IMG/VR virus record: IMGVR_UViG_3300025407_000799
Span: 1 to 64,000 of that record
Source of the DNA: a virus
Reading direction: 5' to 3' (one strand)
DNA length: 64,000 bases
The notes beneath the pieces are model-generated. The model saw nothing but the letters and a program-made list of their open reading frames with translations. It was not told the DNA's origin and did no database searches. This document shows, piece after piece, positions 53,726-64,000 of the stretch (its first letter is position 1; each line of letters opens with the position of its first letter). Position numbers and translations under genes: made by a program.

Positions 53726-56700
53726 TTATCCTTTGTCTAATGTTACATTACCGCTGTCGAATGTTACTTTAGAACTATCTATAGTTAGTTTTCTGTTGTT
53801 GTTAAATCCAGTATACCATATACCCGGAGTGGCCTTAAGGAAAGATGCAATATTACTTACATCATTCAATATATTAACAGGATTAGCAGAATGGTCGCCG
53901 TCCCACGACTGGCCGCTCTTTCTAATTATCGTAATTTGAGTACCTTGTGTAACTACGTTTGCCAATGTTATTACTGATCCTGCTGTAGTTACATTAGAAA
54001 CAACAAATTCTTTAGCAAACTTTTCATCGCCGTCTTTAATTGTACCAACTGGATCTGTATCAGAGATAGGAATTGTTGGACTGTAAGGAGCTAAAGTAGG
54101 ATTGTAATGAACATAATCATATTTTTTCAATCTTCTTAAGTCATCCTGTCCGCCTACAAATACTTCAAATAATGAATTATAGTCTGTAAAAGTAGGATCT
54201 AATGTAAATCCAAGGTCTAGATTGAATGTTGTAGTTACTCCATCTGAAATAATTGGCCTCACATCGGTAATATCACTGTACGGGATAGTAGAATCTGTAC
54301 CAATATCTTGTACACTTGTTCCTACATTACTATAAGATCTAACACCAGTTCCTAAAGTTCCCCTACGTAACTGACTTAATATATTAAGATCTTTCTTAAA
54401 ATATTCGATACGTTCACCGGCAATTTCTATCACACCTGGTTTGTTAGTTGAAGGGTTTGGTGTTGTTAAAACTGTTCCATCTTTAACTACAATTTGTGTG
54501 TCATACCAATTTAGCTCTTGTGCCAATAGTGTATGTCGGTTGAGTGCCAGTCTCTTATAAACAGTTCTGTTCAACATGTCTTTAAACTGCATGTATGAAA
54601 TTCCAGGTTGTGGTACATTGTTGTTAAACAATAACACTGAAATCTTATCAGTTGGGGCAGGTGGAACTGTTAATTGCACACTTTGGTGATTTGATAGCAT
54701 CTGATAATCAATTAACGGAGTTAACAAACGTCCGTTTTGAATAATCCAAGCATATTCTTCGTCAGGTACAGTATGATTTAAATTGATAATTCCACGTGTT
54801 GCATCTTGATAACGATAATAATCAACAGATCCTGGTATCGAAGATACTAATGAAGAAATATTAACTGTAGTTCTTTCAAGATCTAATATATCATGATTAT
54901 AAGATGTTAATACTTGAATTTTATGACTGCTATCATAAGAATTATTTAATGTTAAATCTCCAGTTGTAGAATCATAAGAATACTCTGCATTGGTTCTAAT
55001 ACTAACAACTAATTGTTTTCCTATATTCTTATCACGTATTTTTTTACGCAACGTCACTGTAAGGCCAGTTAGGTCAACAACATATTCTTTATTCAAAGCT
55101 ATTAACTTTTTATCAATATACACCCTAACATCTGAATACTGAACAGCATTTAAAGTAAACTGGTCAGCTGAAATAGTATAAGCAAGCGTATCAGATGTTA
55201 TTGTAAAATAACTATTAGCAGGAGCTTCCAATACAGTATTGTCAACTATTACAATCATATTTGATTCTGCAGGTAAACCAACACCAACAGGATTATCTAA
55301 TTTAAATGTATTCTGAGGTATTGCATACAACGGTAATAACTCAGTTTGCGTAACTGCAACCGTTTGAATAGCACTTGCTACGATAATATAGTTTATTACA
55401 GATCCTGCTGCAGGAGTTACACTAAAACGCAAACCAATCATACCGCCTAACGAGTATGTATTGTCTGTTTTAAACAATATAGGATTTACTAATACACCAT
55501 TTAAATAAATTACAGATGAAACAGTATCCAGCCATTTAGCTCTGGTGATAAATTCTGATGTAATTCCATCACAAATAAAATAATCACCGTCTAAAATATT
55601 TTGACCATTAATACCAATAGTAAAAATACTAATAATTTTATTAGCTGCAGGTGGTTGAACAAAAACAATTCTGTTCTGATTAAATGAAACATTATAATCC
55701 ACACCCGCTACTTTAATTACATTATCAACTTTTACTACAATCGCACCTGGATTGTTTAATAATTGACTGTATGCAAATGTTAATAAGCTACCATCGCCAA
55801 CATAGTTGTCAATTTTAACTTTTGCTCCAGCATTGTATGTTTGATCGTATACTTTAATAGCCAATGTATCAACTACTTGTCCTGGCATTACTTCTTCTGG
55901 AGCAGGACTAGATGTTGGTGTTACTAATCCGTCACCATCAATGATAATATCATCTGCTAAAATACCAGTTGCTGTAGTATAAGCTAAATCGCCGCCAGTA
56001 ATCGATGTATCATAATCTTGATCAGCAGGTGCAACTGATCCATCACTAGATGCTTGACGAATAACAAATTCATCACCAACAGTCACTGGATAACTATCAG
56101 ATATTGTCACAACTGTATTTGCTGTAGAAGAATTAACCACTTGTCTAATTGTAGCAGTTGCTGTAGCGGTTTCAATACCTTGTTCAAATGTAATAGTTGG
56201 ATTATTTAAATATCCACTACCTGGATTTGCTAATACAACAGAGTCCACACCATAAACTAAAGTAATTGTTGCATTTTGACCAGTGCCTCCCATTAATGAT
56301 TGGCTGGCTTCATCAACTCCACCTTCATATATTGTTGAAGACAATATTTGTAATTCATCAATTGGTCCAATTTCTGTAAAGCTGGCTGTTCTTGTTACTT
56401 GTAAAATAACAGCACTCGAACCAGTAATAGTAGTCGAAGCGGTAGTTAATTTACGATTTAATGTCCAGAAACTGCCATTGCCAGTTCCATGACTAGACGG
56501 ATCAAGGCCTGTAATGTATGTTATATCAACGCTAGAAACTGTACCAACTACAAATGTTTGCGATAACACCGTGGTGTTTTCATAAGAAACAGAATGGTCA
56601 GTAACATCAGTAACTATATATTTTCCGTTAAATCCATTAGGAAATCCAGATACTTCTGTATACTGGCCTAATGCAAATGGTATACTAGCACGAGTTGCAA

Positions 56701-59700
56701 ATGTGATAGTTGCGATTGTTCCATCGCCACGGATTCCTGTGCTGATTAATGAATCAAATTGTGCAATTCCTGATCCGGTTAAAATCATTCCTGGATAAAT
56801 TTCGCCAGAAGTTATAGTTCCTACAACTAGTGTTGAATTAACTATAGAAGAATTGATCATTGTTACATTAGCAGGACCATACTGTGGAGTTGCTACTAGT
56901 ATGTCGCCAACAGTATAGCCAGTTCCGAGATTGTTTCCGTTATAAGATACATCAACAGCTTTCATTATTGGTGTTGCTGATGCTGTATAACTTGGAGCAT
57001 TGAGATCAGAATCGCTAAATGTTATTGCAGGCAACTGAGTATAACGACCCGGACTAGTAACAGTAACTGAAAATACCGGGAACGGTGTTTGCATTTTTGC
57101 CTTAGAATTTTTCTGATCCACTGTTCCAAATTTTGGATCGTCTAATCTTACAGGACTTGTTTTTCCAGTGATAACAATTTCTGCTCCAATTGCAGGAACA
57201 TAAGATAATAATACTACTGTACCGTCGTTATTTACTACCATATCGATTGTATCTTTTAGTAGTTTAGTAAACTGTATCGAATTGCCATTAACAATTGGAT
57301 AATAATTATTAATTTGTGCAGGATCCTTAAAGATTACAGAATTTAAAATTAAACTTACAGTACCAATTGTAGTTGAAGGTGCTTGCAACAAACTTGTAAA
57401 ACTTACAAAATTAAATGATGCATTGGTGACTTTATAAATGCCGTTGTAAGAATTTGGAATAAATCCTGTTACAATAATAGTAGTACCAGATTCAAATGGA
57501 ACATATTTTTGAGTGTCAAACGTTATTGTAACTGTGTGACCGTCACCACTAATATTGTTTGCATTTAAAGTAGTAGAAGAATCTGGTGTTCCTAATGTAA
57601 TTGTATTTGTATTAGTGTCAATATTTTCAACTACCGTATCGTATGCAAATACTGATACAGCATCTGAAGTAACAACATCTCCTAAATTAATTCCATCAAC
57701 GCTATTTAAAGTAAGTTTATTACTACCAGCATAGTTATATGTAAATGTTAATACGCCTGTTGGTGTACTATCAGGAGCTTTACTCAAAGTTAATGTTTTA
57801 TTAGTATAATCAACATACGTCACTGTTTGTCCGCTAGTAAAACCTGTTCCAACAACAGCCATTCCTATTAAAATTCCAGTAGCGTCGGAAACAGTAAGTG
57901 TAGTATAGTAACTTCCTACTGGGTTGTACGTAGTTGTAGGTCCTGCAGCTGTTTTTGTAACTACTGATGTTACAACTACGGTAGTAGCTAAAATATTATA
58001 CTCAAATTTAATTTGATTAGAGTTCAGTGCAGATATGGTTGTTCTATCTTCAGTACTTGCAGCATGATATACGTTTATTTCAGTACCAGGATTCAATTGA
58101 TAAGGTAGTGTAAAAGATCTAAGTTGATCTGCAGTAGCTGTAACAAAATAGTCAGTATAATTACTATCAAAATTATCCCAAGTATCAGTTCCAAATGGGT
58201 TTGAATCCCAACCGTGAATACTATTAAATCCTAAACCATTAACTTGTACGCCACCATAATCAGTTCCAGTTAATAACTGTGTAAGATCTTTTCCTAGTTG
58301 GCCACTTGTTGGATTATAGTAATATTGAATGCGGTCAACAGCATTTAATAAAGATTGATTTATCTTATATGTAACAACTATAATACTCTGATTAGACGGA
58401 GGTGTTAAAAAAGTAATAACTCCAGTGTAATGTGTATAGCCGTTATATTTTGCTTTAATAACAGAAAGTTTATAATTTTCTCTAAGTGCAGGTATGCCAT
58501 TGATAGTAACTGTATTTTGACCAATACGTGTATCAGGAGCCCAAGTCAACGCCCATTGCAATCTGCTACCAGAACCAGTGAACGTTTGTGTTTTTTGTAA
58601 TACTGTATTATAATACGTATAGTCAGTTCTATCAAATTTTATTCCAATTAACGAACCACGAACTACACCTTTACCAATAACAGCAATTACCCTGGCTGAT
58701 ATTCCTATTGGGCCAAGTCCTCCTGAAATAGTAACTGTTGGGGTAGACAAGTATCCTGTTCCAGGATTAGTTAATACTATTCTACTTACAGCACCATTAA
58801 CTATAAATGCCTGAGCTGTTGCACCAGAACCACTTTCGCTAGTTATAATAACTTGTGGAGGAGTTATATAATTAGAACCTCCGCTGATAATAACAAGATC
58901 TGTAACAACAAATCCTAAATTATCATTCCAGAATTTCCAAGGATAAGTTTGTATAACAGAGTTATTAGAAGATACACCAGTTCCGTCAAATATAGTATCA
59001 ACTGGTACAACTTTGTTATTTGAATAAACAGGTTGTAAATCAAAATCAGTAATGGCACTTTGTCCAACTTCTAAACCTGTGTAGTTGCTAATATATTCTC
59101 TTAATTTTGTTCTGTATGGTTTAACTTCTGAAACATAATCTTCAAAGTTAGCAATATTATCAACAGGGTAGTTTACTGGTTGATCTAACTTACCTACATT
59201 ATGTGTTGCACGAACAAAACTAGTTTTAAATGCCCAATCAATATATACTTGTTCACTATGTGCATAGTGTATTGCAGCAATGAACAAGTCTAAATAGTTT
59301 TGTTTTAAATTACCAATAAAGATATTTTCTTTAATTGTATTAAGAATAATTCTTAATTCTGTACTAGCAACAACATCAAAACTTCCGCCATCAAATATGT
59401 CGCTGTCATAACCAATATTAGTAGATTCAAAGTTGTAAAGTTTAGTACTTAATTGTATTGTACCATTCTGTATACCTACTATGTTATAACTTTGAGTCCA
59501 ATCAACACTGGTCGAATTTGCATATTTTTCTAGTAACAACCAACCGCCTGCATTTACTGTACGAACTTTTACTAGTTCGCCTATTTTAGATTGAAGAGTG
59601 TTTAACTCTACAAATGTATCCACAGCATGATCTGGAGCACTATACTGACTATACCCAGTTGCATACCAATCAACATAATTCCAATAATTTCTCACATCAT

Positions 59701-62700
59701 ATGCTTGTGTAAGTATACGTGACCATATCTTAGATGTAGTATCGTATGCATAGATACTCCAATTATTGTTGGCAACACTATCGCTTTTTACTAACACACA
59801 ATAAGTTCTTACTGTTAATGTTGTATTACTAATATCGTAGCCAAAGCCTCCGCTGACTACTGACACATTAGTAATTTGTCCTAGGCTATTAATTGTTGTT
59901 TTAAGTACAGCATTTTTTCCCGGACTATCGATAGTTACTGTAGGTGCAATTAAATAACCGCTACCTGCAAAAGTAATATCTATACTTGTAATTGTACCGT
60001 TAGTAATTACAGGATTTAAAATTGCTTTTCTAAATGATGTAATATTCAAATATGGTAACTCTGCATCAGTGTCAAGAGTATTATCATATAGACCTGATAT
60101 CACTGTTGGAGGAGTATCGTAGCTTTCTAAAGCACTAATATTATAGTTTTCACTAATTTGATTTAAAATCAATGTTCTGTTTGTACGTTCTACAAACTCT
60201 TTAAGAGCTTCAATACGATTTACAAACATACTTTGACGTGGACGATTCTCTACACCATATCGTAGTTTAGGAGGCTGAGTCAAATCTGGAACACCACGTC
60301 CTGCCGAATCAACACCGCATAAACTATCAAACCATTTTTGTTCTAATGTCAACGGTAAATCCACAATAGGATCGTTACTAATTAATTTCCATTGACTATG
60401 AATATTCTGATCTGTTTTATTTGTTAACCAATACTCTACCGCTAGTACTACATCTTTATCTTTCAAATACTGACGAGTATTAGTTAAACTAAATGAATCC
60501 GGACCTAACAAAGACAAGTAAGAATAACTTTGTCCGCGAGGGTTAGCAATTAAACTGGCAACATCCAATGCTGTAATATTACGTCCCGGTACATGCGGAA
60601 CTACTGATTTATTTTTAACCCAGAAATAATAAGTCTTAACAAATGCTTTAGTAAGATTATTATATTGCTGTCTTACGCTGTATACATTATTGCCATATAA
60701 ACTTGTACCGCTTATACCTAAAGCAAGTCCAGCAGGAGTATCTGCTTGTGCATCCCACTGAGCTGGCAATAATTTTGATTCAACCCATTCGTAAATATCT
60801 ATACTTGCACCTGGGGCTAGTTTGTTCCAACTATTATTTCTATAATTTACATCATCAAAATAAGATTCAACAAACTTGGCGGTACTTAAATTCCACCATA
60901 ACTGACCAATTTGATTCTTTGACCAGTAACTTGAGTTATCTGCATTAACATTAACAGATCCTGGATTATCAGAATACACCGCAGGATCATAGAAAGATTT
61001 ATATTTTATTTCTTCATCTGCAACGCCTGCAATTTTTCCTTGCAATGGATCAATAGTATCTAAGTAAGATACAAGTGTTCCAAGATTTTTATTATATAAG
61101 AATGCTTTCTTAACTCGGCTAACAATTGGAATCAAACTAGATGTCTTATCAAGAGTCCAGCTGTATTTGTCAGACGGTTTAACGTAACTATAAACTTGTC
61201 CAGATTGAATATGTGTCTGGTCAGTTGCATAAGGTGCACCGACTACTACCGTATTATCGCCTGCAGAGAATCCAATTCCATATCCATCAGAACTTGTGTC
61301 TGCACTTTGCAAACTTTCACTAAACACCCACTTGTCTCCATACATATCATATATGTCAACTCGTCCACTACCTATTTGTGTTTGGACAAATAGTGTAGAA
61401 TTTTTATCATAGGTGCTAGGTGTAGTTGCCTGAGAAGTTGTATCGCTAAGATATGGATTATCTTGATTATTTTCTAATGTTTTAGCATAAGAATCAAACG
61501 TTGTTGTTATAGAAGCATTGCCACTTTGACTATAAACAGCAATAGTTTTGCCTCCATTCATAAACGCAACCTTGTTTCCAAAGTGTCCTTGAATTTCTGA
61601 ATAATGATCTACTAGTGTTTGATATGGAGTTGGGCCATATTCAGCTCCGTTAAATTTATAAACATTAACAGTTCCATTTTGTGTACCATCTCCAACAACA
61701 ATATATACTCCGTCATCTGAAACACTTAAACTTGTTCCAAAAGAAACATCAGTACCTGAAATTGGCTGTAAAGTAATTCCATTTTTAAAGATTTGTACAA
61801 TACCATTTCCGTTGCCATCTTCTGTACTAATAGCAATGATTGAATTATCAGCACTTACTTGAATATTTCTTCCAAAATTATCCCCAACAGTAGTACCTGC
61901 AAGGAAAGAGTTATATCCCCAATCTATAGTTTTAAACGTTATTGTACCATCTGGGGTTCCAGTAGGAGGTGCGCTTAAAATTAATGTAGTTGTACTTAAT
62001 ATTTGTAAAACATATTGTCCACTGATAAATCCTGTACCAGTAACTAGCATACCTGGGCTTACATTATATAAAGGAATTGGATTAGTAGATGATACAACTA
62101 ATGTAACTCCCGAACTTCCTACAGGATTATATGTTGCAGATACAGATTTTTGTACACCATAAGATAATTTATAAACTCTTCCGACATTATTTGTTAATCC
62201 ATCGTATGAGCTTCCGCCTAATGCTCCAACATATAAAGAATCTTGTCCAAAAACTAAAGTTGCACCAAAGTTTTCATTATCAACAGGATCTTCACTTATG
62301 ATTGTATCGACAATAGAGTAAAAATTATCATTATTCTTTTTATATAAAGTAACAATACCTTGACCCACTGTTGTCGAATCATAGGCTTTTATTTGTTCAA
62401 TAGCAACACCAGTTCCGTTAAAGACAAAACCAGTTCCAGTAATTGGCGCATCTGCAATAAATGCTGTTCCAATTGCATTTGAACTAGCACCTGCTAACAA
62501 GAAATTGCTAGTGCCTTGGAATATAATAACGTATGTTGATCCAGATTGTAGATCAGTTGCTAAAACTTTTCCGCTTTGACGAGCAACAAACGTATCACCT
62601 ACATTGTAAGTTACACCAGTAGTGTTTGCAATGTAGTTCCAATCTGTTGTTCCTAGAACACTAATTTCATAAGTATTACCAATTGAAAAATATCCTGATT

Positions 62701-64000
62701 CAATTAATTGACCGTATCTGTTAATTTCTGAAGGAATGTAAGAAATTTGTTGCCAAGATGGTTGTCCGTTAACTGTAAAATTAGAAATTGCTCCATTCTG
62801 GTCAACCGACGATACTGTTAATATAAAGTCATTGACCACATTGACTCCTCCTAACTGACTACCAAGGACTGTAATCGTATCTCCAATAGAATATCGTGTA
62901 CCTCCAAGGGCGCCTGAATTAGGAGCAATCCTATATCCGTAAGGAGGAGTTATGATACGTAATGTTGCACCTGCTCCTGATATAACTGATCCACTAACAC
63001 CTGGCGTAGTTTTTGCTAGTAAGATTCCGTTGTTTAGTGTAGAAGGAGAACCAGAAATAGTTATAGCAGCATTTAATTTTATACTAGAAGTTGTTGTAAC
63101 ACCATCTGTTGGTATAGTGATTGTTAAATCGTCGTCTGGAGATATTCCACCTAACTGAGTTCCTGAAATTTTTATTTTGTTACCTGGAGCGTAGCCAATA
63201 CCGCCATATTTTATAACTACATTATAGTATCCTGCAGTTGGCACTGTGGCATCTCCAATTACTCTTGTAGCTGTTGGAACAACAACCACGTCAAAGATTG
63301 CACCTGAACCTAAACTTGTAGTAGTTGCACTGAAATCAGTAACAATATATTCATGTTGAATAGCGGTAAGAGTTCTGTATAAAGAATCTCCAAGTTTTAC
63401 AATACTGTTTGAACCGTAGTCAAGTGAAGAATTGTATTCTCCTTTGTAGCTAGACGAAACTGATCCAGCTGATTTTGATCCTACAGCAAGCCAAGTACCA
63501 TCTGGGCTAAAGGCTATGGCACTAACCGGAGTATTATCTGATATAGAAGATACTGTTGGAGCTGATATTAATTGTTTTTCAGCCCATGATAAGTTTGACT
63601 GAGCACGATAATATGTAACAACATTACCTCGGTTATCGCCTACAGCTAACATGTCTCCTTTTTTGTTTACAGACACACGTAAACCAAAATTTGTTTCATC
63701 GCTTGGAAAACTATTGTTAACTAAAAATTCGCTGTACACTGGATTATATTTCCAAGTACCCCAAGATTTACTGCCAGCATCATCTGTCCAAACAATTTCT
63801 CCAGGTAGTAAATCTTTTTTTATAACACTATCGAGATTATTAATAGATGTAGTTCGTTGACTAATCATAGCAAACACTACCATTCTATCTTGTTCAACAA
63901 AAGGATTTATCCAACCGTTAACAGTTTTAGATATTACAAAAGAATTTAGATTAACACTTTCAACTTTATAAAAACCGCTAAATTGCGAAACTTGGCTTAT
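53726..64000 (-). CDS. Very large baseplate wedge/structural protein, 5'-truncated by the window edge (>3,400 aa)
   Basis: No stop in frame from 63883 to 64000; beta-propeller-like FG repeats, GSGY..P.V repeats, VKPYRTKLR, LRRGTLGT, terminal TFDS. Confidence 0.8.
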   Translation of the reverse strand: MSQVSQFSGFYKVESVNLNSFVISKTVNGWINPFVEQDRMVVFAMISQRTTSINNLDSVIKKDLLPGEIVWTDDAGSKSWGTWKYNPVYSEFLVNNSFPSDETNFGLRVSVNKKGDMLAVGDNRGNVVTYYRAQSNLSWAEKQLISAPTVSSISDNTPVSAIAFSPDGTWLAVGSKSAGSVSSSYKGEYNSSLDYGSNSIVKLGDSLYRTLTAIQHEYIVTDFSATTTSLGSGAIFDVVVVPTATRVIGDATVPTAGYYNVVIKYGGIGYAPGNKIKISGTQLGGISPDDDLTITIPTDGVTTTSSIKLNAAITISGSPSTLNNGILLAKTTPGVSGSVISGAGATLRIITPPYGYRIAPNSGALGGTRYSIGDTITVLGSQLGGVNVVNDFILTVSSVDQNGAISNFTVNGQPSWQQISYIPSEINRYGQLIESGYFSIGNTYEISVLGTTDWNYIANTTGVTYNVGDTFVARQSGKVLATDLQSGSTYVIIFQGTSNFLLAGASSNAIGTAFIADAPITGTGFVFNGTGVAIEQIKAYDSTTVGQGIVTLYKKNNDNFYSIVDTIISEDPVDNENFGATLVFGQDSLYVGALGGSSYDGLTNNVGRVYKLSYGVQKSVSATYNPVGSSGVTLVVSSTNPIPLYNVSPGMLVTGTGFISGQYVLQILSTTTLILSAPPTGTPDGTITFKTIDWGYNSFLAGTTVGDNFGRNIQVSADNSIIAISTEDGNGNGIVQIFKNGITLQPISGTDVSFGTSLSVSDDGVYIVVGDGTQNGTVNVYKFNGAEYGPTPYQTLVDHYSEIQGHFGNKVAFMNGGKTIAVYSQSGNASITTTFDSYAKTLENNQDNPYLSDTTSQATTPSTYDKNSTLFVQTQIGSGRVDIYDMYGDKWVFSESLQSADTSSDGYGIGFSAGDNTVVVGAPYATDQTHIQSGQVYSYVKPSDKYSWTLDKTSSLIPIVSRVKKAFLYNKNLGTLVSYLDTIDPLQGKIAGVADEEIKYKSFYDPAVYSDNPGSVNVNADNSSYWSKNQIGQLWWNLSTAKFVESYFDDVNYRNNSWNKLAPGASIDIYEWVESKLLPAQWDAQADTPAGLALGISGTSLYGNNVYSVRQQYNNLTKAFVKTYYFWVKNKSVVPHVPGRNITALDVASLIANPRGQSYSYLSLLGPDSFSLTNTRQYLKDKDVVLAVEYWLTNKTDQNIHSQWKLISNDPIVDLPLTLEQKWFDSLCGVDSAGRGVPDLTQPPKLRYGVENRPRQSMFVNRIEALKEFVERTNRTLILNQISENYNISALESYDTPPTVISGLYDNTLDTDAELPYLNITSFRKAILNPVITNGTITSIDITFAGSGYLIAPTVTIDSPGKNAVLKTTINSLGQITNVSVVSGGFGYDISNTTLTVRTYCVLVKSDSVANNNWSIYAYDTTSKIWSRILTQAYDVRNYWNYVDWYATGYSQYSAPDHAVDTFVELNTLQSKIGELVKVRTVNAGGWLLLEKYANSTSVDWTQSYNIVGIQNGTIQLSTKLYNFESTNIGYDSDIFDGGSFDVVASTELRIILNTIKENIFIGNLKQNYLDLFIAAIHYAHSEQVYIDWAFKTSFVRATHNVGKLDQPVNYPVDNIANFEDYVSEVKPYRTKLREYISNYTGLEVGQSAITDFDLQPVYSNNKVVPVDTIFDGTGVSSNNSVIQTYPWKFWNDNLGFVVTDLVIISGGSNYITPPQVIITSESGSGATAQAFIVNGAVSRIVLTNPGTGYLSTPTVTISGGLGPIGISARVIAVIGKGVVRGSLIGIKFDRTDYTYYNTVLQKTQTFTGSGSRLQWALTWAPDTRIGQNTVTINGIPALRENYKLSVIKAKYNGYTHYTGVITFLTPPSNQSIIVVTYKINQSLLNAVDRIQYYYNPTSGQLGKDLTQLLTGTDYGGVQVNGLGFNSIHGWDSNPFGTDTWDNFDSNYTDYFVTATADQLRSFTLPYQLNPGTEINVYHAASTEDRTTISALNSNQIKFEYNILATTVVVTSVVTKTAAGPTTTYNPVGSYYTTLTVSDATGILIGMAVVGTGFTSGQTVTYVDYTNKTLTLSKAPDSTPTGVLTFTYNYAGSNKLTLNSVDGINLGDVVTSDAVSVFAYDTVVENIDTNTNTITLGTPDSSTTLNANNISGDGHTVTITFDTQKYVPFESGTTIIVTGFIPNSYNGIYKVTNASFNFVSFTSLLQAPSTTIGTVSLILNSVIFKDPAQINNYYPIVNGNSIQFTKLLKDTIDMVVNNDGTVVLLSYVPAIGAEIVITGKTSPVRLDDPKFGTVDQKNSKAKMQTPFPVFSVTVTSPGRYTQLPAITFSDSDLNAPSYTASATPIMKAVDVSYNGNNLGTGYTVGDILVATPQYGPANVTMINSSIVNSTLVVGTITSGEIYPGMILTGSGIAQFDSLISTGIRGDGTIATITFATRASIPFALGQYTEVSGFPNGFNGKYIVTDVTDHSVSYENTTVLSQTFVVGTVSSVDITYITGLDPSSHGTGNGSFWTLNRKLTTASTTITGSSAVILQVTRTASFTEIGPIDELQILSSTIYEGGVDEASQSLMGGTGQNATITLVYGVDSVVLANPGSGYLNNPTITFEQGIETATATATIRQVVNSSTANTVVTISDSYPVTVGDEFVIRQASSDGSVAPADQDYDTSITGGDLAYTTATGILADDIIIDGDGLVTPTSSPAPEEVMPGQVVDTLAIKVYDQTYNAGAKVKIDNYVGDGSLLTFAYSQLLNNPGAIVVKVDNVIKVAGVDYNVSFNQNRIVFVQPPAANKIISIFTIGINGQNILDGDYFICDGITSEFITRAKWLDTVSSVIYLNGVLVNPILFKTDNTYSLGGMIGLRFSVTPAAGSVINYIIVASAIQTVAVTQTELLPLYAIPQNTFKLDNPVGVGLPAESNMIVIVDNTVLEAPANSYFTITSDTLAYTISADQFTLNAVQYSDVRVYIDKKLIALNKEYVVDLTGLTVTLRKKIRDKNIGKQLVVSIRTNAEYSYDSTTGDLTLNNSYDSSHKIQVLTSYNHDILDLERTTVNISSLVSSIPGSVDYYRYQDATRGIINLNHTVPDEEYAWIIQNGRLLTPLIDYQMLSNHQSVQLTVPPAPTDKISVLLFNNNVPQPGISYMQFKDMLNRTVYKRLALNRHTLLAQELNWYDTQIVVKDGTVLTTPNPSTNKPGVIEIAGERIEYFKKDLNILSQLRRGTLGTGVRSYSNVGTSVQDIGTDSTIPYSDITDVRPIISDGVTTTFNLDLGFTLDPTFTDYNSLFEVFVGGQDDLRRLKKYDYVHYNPTLAPYSPTIPISDTDPVGTIKDGDEKFAKEFVVSNVTTAGSVITLANVVTQGTQITIIRKSGQSWDGDHSANPVNILNDVSNIASFLKATPGIWYTGFNNNRKLTIDSSKVTFDSGNVTLDKG

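Noticed and set aside
1-64000. Bacterial chromosome or prophage origin, alternative genetic code, tRNA genes, introns or inteins
   Set aside because: Host-like genes are embedded among T4-like replication and tail genes and no integrase is seen. ORFs tile densely under the standard code. Intergenic gaps are short with no tRNA cloverleaf recognised. polB, clpA and thyX are uninterrupted.

Overview
The window is a gene-dense, AT-rich segment of a large T4-like (myovirus-type, probably jumbo) bacteriophage genome. No host genes, rRNA, tRNA, CRISPR array or IS element were recognised. All calls come from motif reading by eye, not database searches. Left to right it contains: (1) the 3' part of a 3TM-holin-like gene and a proteostasis cassette (dnaJ/cbpA-like, def, clpA). 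(2) A late-promoter block (5.7-15.8 kb) of probable capsid-internal cargo proteins. They carry T4-CTS-like N-termini and recurring [ILVM]xE protease-type sites, and include a Pol-beta-type nucleotidyltransferase fused to a KxDG ligase-like domain, an HxGH nucleotidyltransferase, Dps and a peptidoglycan-binding glycine-zipper protein. (3) A family-B DNA polymerase and probable sliding clamp, interleaved with a 7-deazaguanine pathway (TGT/DpdA-like transglycosylase, QueD-like, FolE, QueE; no QueC seen in the window) and sugar/tailoring enzymes (UDP-glucose dehydrogenase, two oxidoreductases, GT-B glycosyltransferase, cupin, PRTase, HIT, 2OG-Fe(II) oxygenase). (4) RNase H, a MoxR-type AAA/VWA pair and thyX. 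(5) A convergent minus-strand tail module: four fibre genes sharing one N-terminal domain, a U32-family enzyme, a gp9/10-like repeat protein and a >3,400-aa baseplate protein running off the right edge. The best candidates for undescribed biology are a possibly glycosylated 7-deazaguanine DNA hypermodification and a protease-processed, virion-delivered enzyme cargo system.
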